A stretch of DNA of 64,000 nucleotides from Octopus sinensis. Its lineage: Eukaryota. The translations under genes and the position numbers were made by a program. Below the pieces are notes generated by a model. The model worked only from the letters and a program-made list of their open reading frames with translations. It was not told the DNA's origin and did not search any database. The stretch covers positions 15,996,001 through 16,060,000 of the forward strand of contig NC_043000.1 of the NCBI RefSeq assembly GCF_006345805.1, written 5' to 3'. Shown piece after piece: positions 25,001 through 35,238 of this stretch (its first letter is position 1; each line of letters starts with the position of its first letter).

Positions 25001-26906
25001 GTGTAGTGGGTGCTTTTACGTCCCACCAGCACAAGGGCCAGTCAGGCGGTACTGGCAACAGCCACACTCAAATGGTGTTTTTTTACATGCCACCTGTACA
25101 GGAGCCAGTCCAGCGGCACTGACAATGAGCTCGCTCGAATGTTTTTCATGTGCCACCAGCACAAGTGCCAGTAAGGCGACGCTGGTAACAATCACATTTG
25201 AATGGTGCTTTTTATGTGCCACCAGCATGGAAGCTAGTCAGCTGCTCCAGCAGCTATCTGTAATTCTGAAAAATGATTTTTTTTTTTGTTTTTCATGCAG
25301 AGTATTTCAATTCAAGCCATTTGCTAAAGCTTTAACCCTTCAGCATTCAAACCGGCCATATCCGGCCAAAATATTTAACCTGTTTTATATTGAAACTGAC
25401 CAGATCTCGCCTCTCACCTCAGCCCTACAAAGTCGTTTTAAAACTAAAAAATCACATCACTGAAATCTCTAAACTACAAGATAATGCATGATTAATTCAA
25501 ACCATTTTAAATAAACAAACATCACATTTGACAGAATAATCTGAACATTAAAGGGTTAAAAGATGTTCTTAACACTTTTTTTCTCAATTACTGTTATGTG
25601 TTTTGACTATTATCATGTAGAGTTTTGTGGTCACACACACACACACATTAATAATGTATTTTGGAAGAAAAAAGTGGTAAACTGGCAGAATCATAAGCAT
25701 GTCACATAAAAGGCTTAGTGGCATTTCTTCCAGCTCATTATGTTCTGGGTTCAAATACTGCTGAGGTCAACCTTCCTTTTAATTGTTTCAGAGTTGATAA
25801 GATAAGTACCAGTCATGTACTGAAGCCAATGTAATCAACTTCCCCAACTCCCTTCAAAACTGTTGACCTTGTACCAAAATGAGAAAGAATATACTGAAGA
25901 AGAACCAAAGATTTGATCATACATGAAGTATTGAATTTGTAGGATAGCTCCCCAAAATTTCATTAGCTAACAGCGTTATGAACCTATCAAACAAGAACTG
26001 GTCAAGACTCAGTACCAACAACAACAAAAGCAATGACAGCAGTAATAATTCTTTCTGATTTTATTACAAGGTCAATAGTTTTCAGTGCTGAACTGGCGCT
26101 TATTTTATCAAGCAGAAAGGATGAAAGACAAAGTCAGCCTCAACTGTATTTGAGCTTAGAACAACATAAAGAGCTGGAAGGAATGCCACTAAATATTTTG
26201 TCCAGTATGGTAACAATTCTGCCAGTTTGCCATCTTAATGGCAAAGGTAGTATCAACAACAATGATATTTTGAAACCTGACTATTTTAACGAGACATCAT
26301 CATCATCATCGTTTAACGTCCGTTCTCCATGCTAGCATGGGTTGGACGGTTCGACCGGGGATCTGGGAAGCCAGAAGGCTGCACCAGGCTCCAGTCTTAT
26401 CTGGCAAAGTTTCTACAGCTGGATGCCCTTCCTAACGCCAACCACTCCGTGAGTGTAGTGGGTGCTTTTTACGTGCCACCCGCACAGGTGCCAGGCGAGG
26501 CTGGCATAGGCCATGGTCGGATTGGTGCATTTTACGTGCCACCGGCACGGAAGCCAGTCGAGGCGGCGCTGGCATCGGCCACGATTTACATGAGAATGGT
26601 AAAAGAAAAACTGTAAACAACAGGCTAGTGACCCTATTACTTTGAGTCACGAAGATTCCTAGAAATATTGGGGTTGAAAAGAAAGATCTGGAAGGAAGTC
26701 AAAGAGACACTTACTGCTCAACCTTGCCATTCTGGACGGTGCCATATGTAACTTCATAAAAAAATTTGTCTTGCAGCAAACCAAACATGTCACCTGCTTC
26801 CAACCGTTTCTGCTGGTCTTTGGGTAAAGCTAATCTATCTTTTGTTCCTTTTTTCTGGTAAAAGCAGGGATTTGCATGTGTCTAAAATGAAAAGAAGATT
26901 GTTGTT

Positions 26907-26942
<36 letters not shown>

Positions 26943-29900
26943 ATATATATATCAATATGGTGATTTGGTCATTCATATTTACTAAGACAGAAATAACATT
27001 ATTAACAATACAAAAAAAAGAAGAAATAAAGTGGTTTAGTGGTAGAAACACTGGAGTACTAGACATCTATATTTCTGACCAAAATACACTCCTCATGAGT
27101 TTCAATTAAATTCTAAAATAATCATGAATTTAGGCTCGTTTCATTAAATAACTCTAACCTTTTTACTTATCAACATATTAATGTGATATTTGGAACATAA
27201 TTAAAGAAAGGGTTCTTAATCAATTCTATTGCATAACTTTTGTCTCAAAGTGACTTTAATTACAGGTAAATCCAGGTAAATTGAGCAAAAGGTAAAAATA
27301 TTAAAATTTTAAATTGAGCAAAGGGTAAAAACTTAAAATTTTGTTTAAACATCACTATAGAAAATGAATCATCAGCTAATATTCAAATGGGTATGCAACA
27401 AAATTTTGATAAAGAAGAATTGTGCACATCACTAGATCATCAGTTGAATTTAATGCACAACAGGTGTACCATAAAGGTGGAATAAAGTGAAATACTGGAA
27501 TCCACATCAAGTTTGAACGAACTAAAGAAATCGGTCAAAAAATAATATACGGCCCTGGTTATGGTATGGAAGTGATAAATTCCAGACCACATTGTTCCCT
27601 AAGCCATGCTGACTAACATTTGGTCAGAAATATAGTAACGAATGGGTTAATAAAACCAAACACCTTACACTATTTGGTTTTATTTCTCTATGTTCTGAGT
27701 CCAAGTCCTGTTACAGTTGGAATTTACCTTTCCACATACTAGGATCAATAATGGCCAGATATATACTGAGGTGGATTCAGTAAAATCCACTGCTCTTTAC
27801 ATGGTAAATTTCACAGTAGAATCATTCTGTACTGTGTAAATTACATGTAATAAAATATTACTCCACACACAGTAAAATCCACTATATTATATACAAAATC
27901 AACAATTTTATATATATATATCATCATCATCATCATCGTTTAGCATCCGCTTTCCATGCTAGCATGGGTTAGACGGTTCGACTGGGGTCTGAGAAGCCAG
28001 AAGGCTGCACCAGGCCCAGTCTGATCTGGCAATGTTTCTACGGCTGGATGCCCTTCCTAACGCCAACCACTCCGTGAGTGTAGTGGGTGCTTTATACATG
28101 CCAGACGAGGCTGGCAAACGGCCACGACCGGATGGTGCTTTTTACGTGCCACCGGCACGGGGGCCAGGCTAGGCTATATATATATACAAAATTAAGAGGA
28201 ATGACCACTGAAGTGGACACCCTATATGCTAAACATAGACGTCAAATCACCATTACCATGAAGAACGTGTTCTCAAGAAAAACATCTCAGTAAAAACGCC
28301 AATTACTGAGTTTTTTTTCTTGAGAACACATCCTTCGTGGTAATGGTGATTTGACGTCTATGTTTAGCATATAGGGTGTTCACTTTATTGGTCATTCCTC
28401 TTAATTTTGTATGTAACACAATTTTTAATCTTCGGATTTATAAATATGCTAAGCCACTAGTTAAATTGATTAACATCAATTTCTACCCTAATTATTTAAT
28501 TTTATATATATATATATATATGATGTACACACATACACACGCGTACACACACACACATAGTTTAGTTTTCAATTAAGGTAAGATCAATATTAAAAAGTAC
28601 TCCATCTAGTGAGCAATAAATATTGTTTAATGAGCTTACTAATAATTTCTCACAGTGAAGATACTGTCTAGGCAGGTTTTAAAACATGCTTAGTGTCTCC
28701 AAGTAATCTTCAGGCTCTGGGCACATGACCTATACAAGTTGCAAATCAGGACAACAGAACAAGAGAAATCACAAGAAAAAGTTAGGTTCAAAAATTGGAA
28801 AGGTGAGAAAAAAAAAACAAGTAAAATAAAGGCAACAAGAAAAAGAAGAATTAGAGTTATGTCCCCTTTCAGTGTAGAATTGTAAGGCTAGAATGGTGTA
28901 GAATCAAAGAGAGGTGTTAGAAGTCTGTGATACAGCTGCACAATTCACCAAAAGAAACTTGTCCATTGGAATTCAGTAGTTCAGTGGAATTCTCAGATCT
29001 AAAAAGGATATGTAATCTTTCAGCTACACATAACTTGCATTTTTTTTACACATTAACATATTGTATGGATTTTTCCTGATCAGAAATTTTCAGCAAATTT
29101 TTCAGGGCCTCTAAGACTGATGGAAGGAAGGGAAGGAAGTAATCCTCAAATCAAAGATCTGACCTGGATACCAGCAACAGAGTGAACACTGCTAAAGGGG
29201 GTCAAGGCGGCGAGCTGGCAGAACCGTTAGCACGCCGGGCTAAATGCGTAGCCGTATTTCGTCTGCCGTTACGTTCTGAGTTCAAATTCCGCCGAGGTCG
29301 ACTTTGCCTTTCATCCTTTTGGGGTCGATAAATTAAGTATCAGTTACGCACTGGGGTCGATGTAATCGACTTAATACCTATGTCTGTCCTTGTTTGTCCC
29401 CTCTGTGTTTAGCCCCCTGTGGGTAATAAAGAAATAGGTGATGGTGAAAATATTCTAGTGAAGATTAAATGCTGCCACCATCACCATCATCATCATCATC
29501 ATCACTGCCATTTTAACATCCTTTTTTCTATACTTGCATAGGTCAGGCAAAGTCTATTGAAGCAGACTTTGTAAGGCTGAAGCCCTGCCTGTTGTTAACC
29601 CTTAGCAGTTTTCAAGCAGAGCATGTTTCACAGAATACTGACATGGATGATATTGTTTGTTCTGATAGTGATATTCATTTAGAACCCAATGTCAGGTAAA
29701 GGAAATACGAGCATGTGTGTATATGTGTGTGTGTATGCATGAGAGAGAGAAAGAGAGAGAGAATCGTTTTTCAGTTTCTGTCTGCCATATCCACTCAAAA
29801 AGATTTGGCTAACCCAGGGTTGTAGTAGAAGACACTTGCTCAATTGCCATGCAGGCATCTTCCTTCTTCTATAACTCTTTACTCTTTTACTTGTTTCAGT

Positions 29901-31662
29901 CATTTGACTGCGGCCATGTTGGAGCACCGCCTTTAGTCGAGCAAATCGACCCCGGGACTTATTCTTTGTAAGCCCAGTACTTATTCTATCGGTCTCTTTG
30001 CTGAACCGCTAAGTGACGGGGACATAAACACACCAGCATCGGTTGTCAAGCGATGTTGGTGGGACAAACACAGATATACAAACTCACACACACATATATA
30101 TATATATACATATATACGACAGGCTTCTTTCAGTTTCCATCTACCAAATCCACTCACAAGGCTTTGGTTGGCCCGAGGCTATAGTAGAAGACACTTGCCC
30201 AAGGTGCCACGCAGTGGGACTGAACCCGGAACCATGTGGTTGGTAAACAAGCTACTTACCACACAGCCACTCCTGTGCCTAACCCCAGACTAACCAAACA
30301 AAGCCTTGCAGTATTTAATAAAATATCCCTCTGCATTCTCGGCGCAAATCCTTGAAGAGTCAACATTTCTTTCTTTCCCTCTCTCCACATTCAAGAAGTT
30401 AATTAAGCAATATATACAGGGTTGATTCAATTAGTTTTACCCCTCCCCAATAAATCTGTGGCCTGAGGCCTAAGAAAGTAATCTTCATAGATATAATATA
30501 AGCAAAACCGTTCTCAGATAATCATGTTCTCAAAAGTAGCCAATCAGGTTGAAGCAAAGTTAAGGACAGAATTTCATTTGCTTGATTCGTTATTAATTCT
30601 CATTTTTTCCTGATCCACTTTCAAATACCTAACCCTTTGCCTGCCCAAAACATTTTCATAAGTTTGTCCTAAATGTCCATGCTTGTTTTTAGACTTATAT
30701 TTGGCCCTTGTTTCATACATTCTAAGTCTTAAGTTACTCTGGGGGTTGAAAAAAATTGGGAATTTGTATCATATATGATGCATGGATGCCTTTGCTTGTC
30801 CTGTGTAGCGATGTGCAACCAAGAGAATACCTTCCATCAGGCATTTGCCATATTCTGAATGCCATACTTTCCGTAGGTATGGATACATTGAAACTCCGAT
30901 GTCTGGCAGCTGACTTGGCAGACACCCATAAAGTTATTAACGATCTTACTAACAATAACTCTGAGCACCTTTTCAAATTCCACCTGTCTAACACCCGTGG
31001 ACATGTTTACAAAGTCAGAAAACAGTACAGCCCCCATGACTTTCAGAAACATTTTTTCACACTAAGAGTTGCTGAAGCATGGAACAAACTGCCGGCATCA
31101 GTTGTTAGTTGCCGGAGCACTGCATCCTTCAAAACTCCCATGCTTCCTGAGATTCGCCAACACTCCACCTGATTTTCTCCCCTCCATACACACGCAAGCA
31201 TGTATCTGACTTATACACTGTTCACTTTCCAGACATTTGTACATTACTGCATATGCTTTATATGCACTTTTGACAAGTTGTGGTGCACCTGAGCACTGTA
31301 TACAATAATTTCATTATTATTATGATACATACGACAGGCAAAGGGTTAACAAAGATTATAAACACCCATGTATCTTCTCATTCTAGAATAAACAGTCATC
31401 TTCCATACTAGCTGATCATGAGTTCAAATATAAAGGAGGACAAATCTGAATACTATAAGCCTTTGGTCTGCCGTTTACTTCACACCAGCACCTGCAGTAA
31501 ACAGTTGTTCTATCGTTCATCCCATACCACCACTTTTAGTGAAGTAACAACAATATGTTTTTAAACCTGTGTCAAGTGATCTATACTTACCGGTGTAAGA
31601 AACAATGTCCCATCTACTACCTCCAGCATGCCATGGTTACGAGACACTCGCTTGTCAAGAAC
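448..31662 (-). CDS. APLF: APLF-like gene, partial: 8 exons in window, first coding exon not found, 3' end off-window
   Basis: Exon phases chain 0-0-2-1-0-1-1-0-2 with no stops. The N-terminus VLDKRVSRNHGMLEVVDG...THANPCFYQ...GDMFGLL resembles human APLF FHA (recalled as DKRVSRRHAILEV...HTNPCFYQ...GDSFSLL). The C-terminal CQYGDKCFR is the start of a PBZ finger. Confidence 0.92.
1255..1482 (-). mobile_element. tRNA-derived SINE family B (~230 bp)
   Basis: Sense sequence ggcgagctggcagaaacgttagc...gagttcaaattccgcc (A/B boxes)...gcctttcatcctttcggggtcgat...gtagtaaagaaata; about 13 copies in the window. Confidence 0.85.
2105..2455 (+). mobile_element. RTE-LINE 3' end (family C) with tandem ~65-bp units and (GAT)n tail, inserted in a TTAA MITE
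   Basis: Units of ggcacgtaaaaagcaccatcc..., then ggttggcgttaagaagggcatccagc...gacgttaaatgatgatg; about 25 copies in the window. Confidence 0.8.
2675..3160 (-). mobile_element. RTE-LINE 3' end (family C), inserted in a TTAA MITE
   Basis: (CAT)n start on the plus strand and several tandem units; inverted relative to the 2105 copy. Confidence 0.8.
3377..3674 (+). mobile_element. Non-autonomous Helitron, subfamily alpha
   Basis: A|TC start, 3' hairpin cccgagcaacgccggg, CTAG|T end, no TSD. Confidence 0.82.
3691..4588 (+). mobile_element. Internally deleted mariner with long TIRs
   Basis: TA-flanked caaggtctgatcaataa...ttattgatcagacc; inverted similarity extends about 160 bp. Internal remnant AKFVPKL..DQK..R. 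Confidence 0.85.
4859..5028 (-). CDS. APLF: APLF exon, acidic (DDFVIGDEYSDDD...DEDFIAWDDDDSGSDWEKKRGTSRGR)
   Basis: 170 nt, acceptor ttttatttcag, donor gtaagt, phase 1/0; lies inside track ORF 4751..5152. Confidence 0.88.
5110..5530 (-). mobile_element. CR1-type LINE 3' fragment
   Basis: Reverse complement of part of 30770-31322; encodes ...KHFFMLRVAEAWNKLPASVV... Confidence 0.8.
6355..6587 (-). mobile_element. SINE family B with 23-bp target-site duplication
   Basis: tcaccatgaaagggaaagatacc at 6332-6354 and 6588-6610. Confidence 0.9.
7603..7791 (-). CDS. APLF: APLF exon, AT-hook/basic linker (RGRPPKKNKPKYVESDEDIDEVKTPKRRRR...AAKRNSY)
   Basis: 189 nt, acceptor ttctgactcag, donor gtaaat, phase 1/1, open frame. 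Confidence 0.87.
8874..9085. mobile_element. Tc1/mariner-type MITE
   Basis: TA-caagggaatgctgaaaagttcctg ... caggaacttttcagcacctccttg-TA. Confidence 0.8.
9330..9830 (-). mobile_element. RTE-LINE 3' end (family C)
   Basis: As above. Further copies at about 5800, 8450, 10240, 11700, 19030, 20865, 22935, 23860, 26295, 27920, 31950, 38375, 43435, 46270, 48580, 53985, 56370 and 60180. Confidence 0.78.
11125..11378 (-). mobile_element. tRNA-headed SINE with (AAT)n linker and hammerhead-containing tail
   Basis: Sense: atggcgcagtggttaagagtgc...gttcgattccagg, (AAT)n, then a unique tail containing CTGATGA...GAAA; second copy at 32790-33052. Confidence 0.75.
11172..11217 (-). ncRNA. Minimal type I hammerhead ribozyme motif, degenerate
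   Basis: GACAC-CTGATGA-A-GGCTG[loop]CAGTC-GAAA-TGTT-GTGTT: stem I GACAC/GTGTT, stem II GGCTG/CAGTC, loopless stem III. Confidence 0.6.
12227..12398 (-). CDS. APLF: APLF exon, linker (EEKASPTSKEDTKK...NTRSG)
   Basis: 172 nt, acceptor gtgtttcag, donor gtttgt, phase 0/1; overlaps track ORF 12219..12413. Confidence 0.85.
12560..13559 (+). mobile_element. Mariner (DD34D) transposase relic
   Basis: Frameshifted WVPH, DEKW, WWD, HQGNAQPH and PHPPYLPDIAPSDYHLF; right TIR gggatgacccaa+ta; left end not seen. Confidence 0.88.
13749..13822 (-). CDS. APLF: APLF exon, short linker (TEASKETSPEAAATKDNSNTAVKQ)
   Basis: 74 nt, acceptor cttttgtag, donor gtgtgt, phase 1/0 exactly bridges the flanking exons. 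Confidence 0.8.
14720..15400 (+). mobile_element. Degraded RTE LINE reverse-transcriptase fragment
   Basis: Frameshifted remnants of AFVDLEKAF (gcatttgttgatctggagaaggcctttaac) and downstream QG..LSP.LF-like RT motifs. Confidence 0.65.
15405..16212 (+). mobile_element. SINE family A interrupted at its central (TA)n by an RTE 3'-end copy
   Basis: Head 15405-15565, (TA)n, insert about 15600-15978, (TA)(TG)n, tail to 16212; boundaries approximate. Confidence 0.8.
16421..16812 (-). mobile_element. Non-autonomous Helitron, subfamily alpha
   Basis: Same termini in reverse complement. Confidence 0.82.
17537..17945 (+). mobile_element. SINE family A, full length
   Basis: Pol III A/B-box-like head (gtggatgtgtggtaag...ggttcagtccc), central (TA)n(TG)n, tail ending taaaagag. 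Confidence 0.85.
19590..19830 (-). mobile_element. RTE LINE ORF2 C-terminal fragment
   Basis: Reads MRWLGHVLKKEERDWMRRVMEMNVEGSKRRRG. Confidence 0.75.
20165..20385 (-). mobile_element. SINE family B
   Basis: Matches the 1255 copy; boundaries approximate. Confidence 0.8.
21406..21790 (-). mobile_element. Non-autonomous Helitron, subfamily beta
   Basis: Same 3' hairpin-CTAG, different internal sequence; colinear with the 49367 and 51993 copies. Confidence 0.78.
21797..22027 (-). mobile_element. SINE family B
   Basis: Matches the 1255 copy. Confidence 0.82.
24307..24482 (-). CDS. APLF: APLF exon, K/E-rich linker (KELSTTEKDGKEVKK...KLNDTK)
   Basis: 176 nt, acceptor ttttattcag, donor gtatgt, phase 2/1 fits both neighbours; overlaps track ORF 24269..24475. 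Confidence 0.85.
24630..25250. repeat. Two family C copies fused tail-to-tail into a fold-back
   Basis: ...gccagatcagattgg (to 24927), 11-nt loop, ccaatctgatctggc... (from 24939); arms about 300 bp each. Confidence 0.85.
25336..25555. mobile_element. piggyBac-like MITE
   Basis: TTAA-CCCTT...AAGGG-TTAA. Other copies: 47599-47820, about 1670-1886, 1984-2506 (interrupted), 2630-3325 (interrupted), 39997-40218 and 55283-55619. Confidence 0.82.
26715..26881 (-). CDS. APLF: APLF exon, FHA part 2 (THANPCFYQKKGTKDRLALPKDQQKRLEAGDMFGLLQDKFFYEVTYGTVQNGKVE)
   Basis: 167 nt, acceptor cttttcattttag, donor gtaagt, phase 0/2; contains the FHA HxNP motif. Confidence 0.92.
28209..28387. repeat. Near-perfect ~180-bp palindrome (fold-back MITE-like)
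   Basis: Arms of about 85 bp around a ~9-nt loop, few mismatches. Confidence 0.88.
29206..29436 (+). mobile_element. SINE family B, full length
   Basis: Starts ggcggcgagctggcaga, ends aaagaaata. Confidence 0.85.
29875..30280 (-). mobile_element. SINE family A, full length
   Basis: Reverse complement of the 17537 copy. Confidence 0.85.
30770..31322 (+). mobile_element. CR1-type LINE 3' fragment (RT C-terminus + 3' UTR, (ATT)n tail)
   Basis: Track ORF 30756..31172 contains NTRGHVYKVRKQ...FFTLRVAEAWNKLPASVV, typical of CR1/L2-clade ORF2 ends. Confidence 0.85.
31591..31662 (-). CDS. APLF: APLF exon, FHA part 1 (VLDKRVSRNHGMLEVVDGTLFLTP)
   Basis: 72 nt, acceptor tgtttcag, donor gtaagt, phase 0/0; contains the FHA S-x-x-H motif. 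Confidence 0.92.
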
Positions 31663-32789
31663 CTGAAACAGAGAGAACAGAAACAGTGATGTCAGAAGAG
31701 TCATTTTAAATGTTTAACAACAAATAGATGGCAGAAAGATTACTGCTTAGATAACACACATTTATCATCCCATAGTTTCAGTCATTTGACCATTTTCTAG
31801 AGAATCATCAATGAAATCAACACCAACCCTTACTTTATTGATCAAAGAAAATAAAGGCAAAATGGGAAAGGCTAGGATTTGAACTCAGCACACAAAGGAC
31901 ATAACCAAAAACTACATGGTATTTGGTCTCAGACTGTACTGAGATACGGACATAAAAGCACCATCCGTCCGTGGCCGTTTGCCAGCTCCGTCTGGCACCT
32001 GTGCGGGTGGCACGTATAAAGCACCCACTACACTCACGGAGTGGTTGGCGTTAGGAAGGGCATCCAGCCGTAGAAACACTGCCAGATCAGACTGGGCCTA
32101 ATGCAGCCTTCTGGCTTCACAGATCCCAGTTGAACCGTCCAACCCATGCTAGCATGGAAAGCGGACGCTAAATGATGATGATGATGATGATGAACAGGTC
32201 GCAGTCTCAAAGTGACAAAAATATTTTGACAAATTAAATTCAAATGTTGAAGTGAATCTAACGGTTTTTTTGTGTTTCTTAAATGGCTTGTAAACACCTT
32301 CCACACTGCAATTGTTTTCGTTCCAGTACACGATCTCAGATCAGGTCACTTGCTATGCAAGTACATCTCTGTACTGATTCTGCCATCCAACTACCATTTA
32401 TGGTACTATTCATTTACCATTAAATTTCTTAACTAATTCTACTACAAGCTTCTGATTTTTATGGTAGAGTTTCATCTACATGTTATTAATAGGCATGGAT
32501 ATGGGGTTAGGAAGCTCATTTCTCAACCATATGGTTTCAAATTCAGTTTCACAGCGTGGCACCTTGGACAAGTGTCTTCTGCTAAAGCCTTGGACTGACC
32601 AAAGCCTTGGGATTGAATTTAGTAGGATGAAGTTCTGTCATGTGTATACTTGTGTGTGCAAGAGCTTGTGACTCCTTTAGTAGATAGGAGGGAAAAACTA
32701 CATCAAGGTAGCCTTATGTAATCATTCAACCTGCAAAAAGTAGCAACCAAATTTGCCTCAAACCTTACCCTATTGTGATAGCTCTGCAT

Positions 32790-33052
32790 AAATGTACATT
32801 ATTTACATTTGACAGATATTTGTCCTCATCTTGTTTGTTGTTAACACATTTTGGCTGGTATACCCTCCAGCCTTCATCAGGTTTCTTGGGGGAAATTTCG
32901 AACCTAGGTTCTCATTCCTAAGGTATTTTTCGATGTTGTTATTGTCGTTGCTGTTGTTGTTGTTATTATTCAGGTCACTGTCTGGAATTGAACTTGGAAT
33001 CTTGGGGTTAGTAGCCCACGCTCTTAACCATTACGTCATATGCCCGTGGGCA
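32790..33052 (-). mobile_element. tRNA-headed SINE with hammerhead-containing tail, second copy
   Basis: Colinear with 11125-11378 (head, AAC/AAT linker, tail). Confidence 0.75.
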
Positions 33053-33381
33053 TAAATGTAGCCTGAACTAAGGCTGCACAACAATTGCCTATAGTAATAT
33101 GGATACCATTAAGTTTGGCTACTCATTTTTTTATATTAAGCTTCATTAAAAACATTGAGGGTTTTTTTTTGTTTTTTTTTTGTCAAAACATTGCCTTGCC
33201 TTAGGCTTTCAACTTCTCATGGGGTTGTATGCTATCATGACATGAATCTATCTTGGGAATCTAAGTCTGATGGAGCCCATCCCTTTCCAAAACTAACCTT
33301 AGCAAATAACTTCCAAAAGGAAAGAGATAAAGAGGAAGAGAAAAGAAGAATGAACTCCAGTGATGGACTGATATCTTTTAA

Positions 33382-33602
33382 CCCTTTAGTGTTCAGAATA
33401 CTCTGTCAAATGTAATACTTTTTCACTCAAATTGTTTTGAATTAATCGTGCATTATCTTATAGCTTTGAGGTTTCAATGATGTGATTGCTTATTTTCAGA
33501 ATGGCATTGTAGGTTAGGAGTGAGAGGCTAGATATTGCCAGTTTGAATATAAAACATGTAGAATATATTGGGCTGGATTTGGCCGGTTTAAACACTAAAG
33601 GG
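33382..33602. mobile_element. 221-bp piggyBac-like MITE
   Basis: TTAA-CCCTTTAG...CTAAAGGG-TTAA. Confidence 0.85.
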
Positions 33603-33845
33603 TTAAATAATCATCTCTAGATAGACATGACTGTAGATAAGAAGCCTGCTTCCAAACCATGTGGTCTTGGGTTCAATCCCACTGGAAATAAGATGGAAAA
33701 GGTCTAATGCATTTTTTAAAATTAAATTTTGAATAACTTGGATTGGGAAAAAGTAGGAAAATCTGAAATGAAATTTTTTCTGAGATGAGACATTTTGACA
33801 CAGTTGTTTTGACACTGCATATAAAAACACTCAATTTCAACCTTC

Positions 33846-33948
33846 ACTCTCTGTCTGTCTGTCTGTCACCCTCTGTGTGTGTGTATGAGAGAGAGAGAAA
33901 GAGTGTGTGTGTGAGTGTGAGTGTGTGTGTATGTGTGTGTGTGTGTGA

Positions 33949-34020
<72 letters not shown>
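33846..34020. repeat. Compound (TG)n/(AG)n microsatellite
   Basis: Direct reading. Confidence 0.95.
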
Positions 34021-34424
34021 ATGTGCATAAGTGCACATGCACATGTGCATTTCTATTTATATTTACACTCTGAAGTCCACTGTGGCTTATGTTAGTGTCT
34101 CCTTTATGTCCCATAATGATAAATAGAGAACAACGAAGCAAGTATTCCTGGGTTCAATACAACTGAGTGAACTTCTGAAGGTGTTGCTCCAGCATGACTT
34201 CAGTTAAATGACTGAAACCAATAAAAAATATCACTCACACACACACACACAGAATCATTAATTAATGAAATTCCCTATGGTAAAAGGATTGCTTCTAAAA
34301 TTAACTACCTAAGTTCACTTAATTACCACAGGGTTTGACAACTTATGGTACAACAATCAGTGCAAAATTAAAATATAGGTCCGTTAAACATTCACTGCTT
34401 TATTAATCGTGTAGCACTTATAAT

Positions 34425-34814
34425 TGTGGTGGAAGCACTCCGTCGGTTACGACGACGAGGGTTCCGGTTGATCCAAATCAACGGAACAGCCTGCTCGTGA
34501 AATTAACGTGTAAGTGGCTGAGCACTCCACTGACACGTGTACCCTTAACGTAGTTCTCGGGGTATTCAGCATGACACAGAGAGTGACAAGGGCTGGCCTT
34601 TGAAATACAAGGTACAACAGAAACAGGAAGTAAGATTGAGAGAAAGTTGTGGTGAAAGAGTACAGCAGGGATCACCACCAGCCCCTGCCGGAGCCTCGTG
34701 GAGCTTTAGGTGTTTTCGCTCAATAAACACTCACAACGCCCGGTCTGGGAATCGAAACCGCGATCCTATGACCGCGAGTCCACTGCCCTAACCACTGGGC
34801 CATTGCGCCTCCAC
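34425..34814 (-). mobile_element. tRNA-derived SINE family D (~390 bp)
   Basis: Sense head gtggaggcgcaatggcccagtggttaggg...gtttcgattcccagacc; near-identical copy at 61367-61753. Confidence 0.85.
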
Positions 34815-35238
34815 CAAGCACTTATAATTATAAAAGAAGGGACAAAACTGATAAATATATTTTGGCATTTTCAAAACTTATTCCTGGTGCCAACTCTTAT
34901 TGGCAACATAACCAAACATGCTTACACAAAAGACTGGAAATGAAAGACACTACTCTCATGTCAGTGACACTCGCTTACAACTATCATATCATGTCAAGAC
35001 AGTAACACAAACACACACATGTATGTAACAAGTTTCTTTCAGTTTCCATCTACCAAATCCACTCACAAGGCTTTGGTTGACTAGAGGCTATAGTGGAAGA
35101 CACTTGCCCAAGGTGCCATAAAGTGGGACTGAACCCGAAGCCATGTGGCGAGGAAACAAACTTCTTACCACGCTGCCACACCTGCACCTTATATTGAAGT
35201 ACTGGTTTAAATCTTCCAATGGGCAACAGGAAACTATT

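Noticed and set aside
34740-34814. tRNA-like sequences at SINE heads (families A, B, D, E and the hammerhead SINE)
   Set aside because: They have A/B boxes but no complete cloverleaf with an acceptor stem, and they continue into SINE bodies; they are not tRNA genes.
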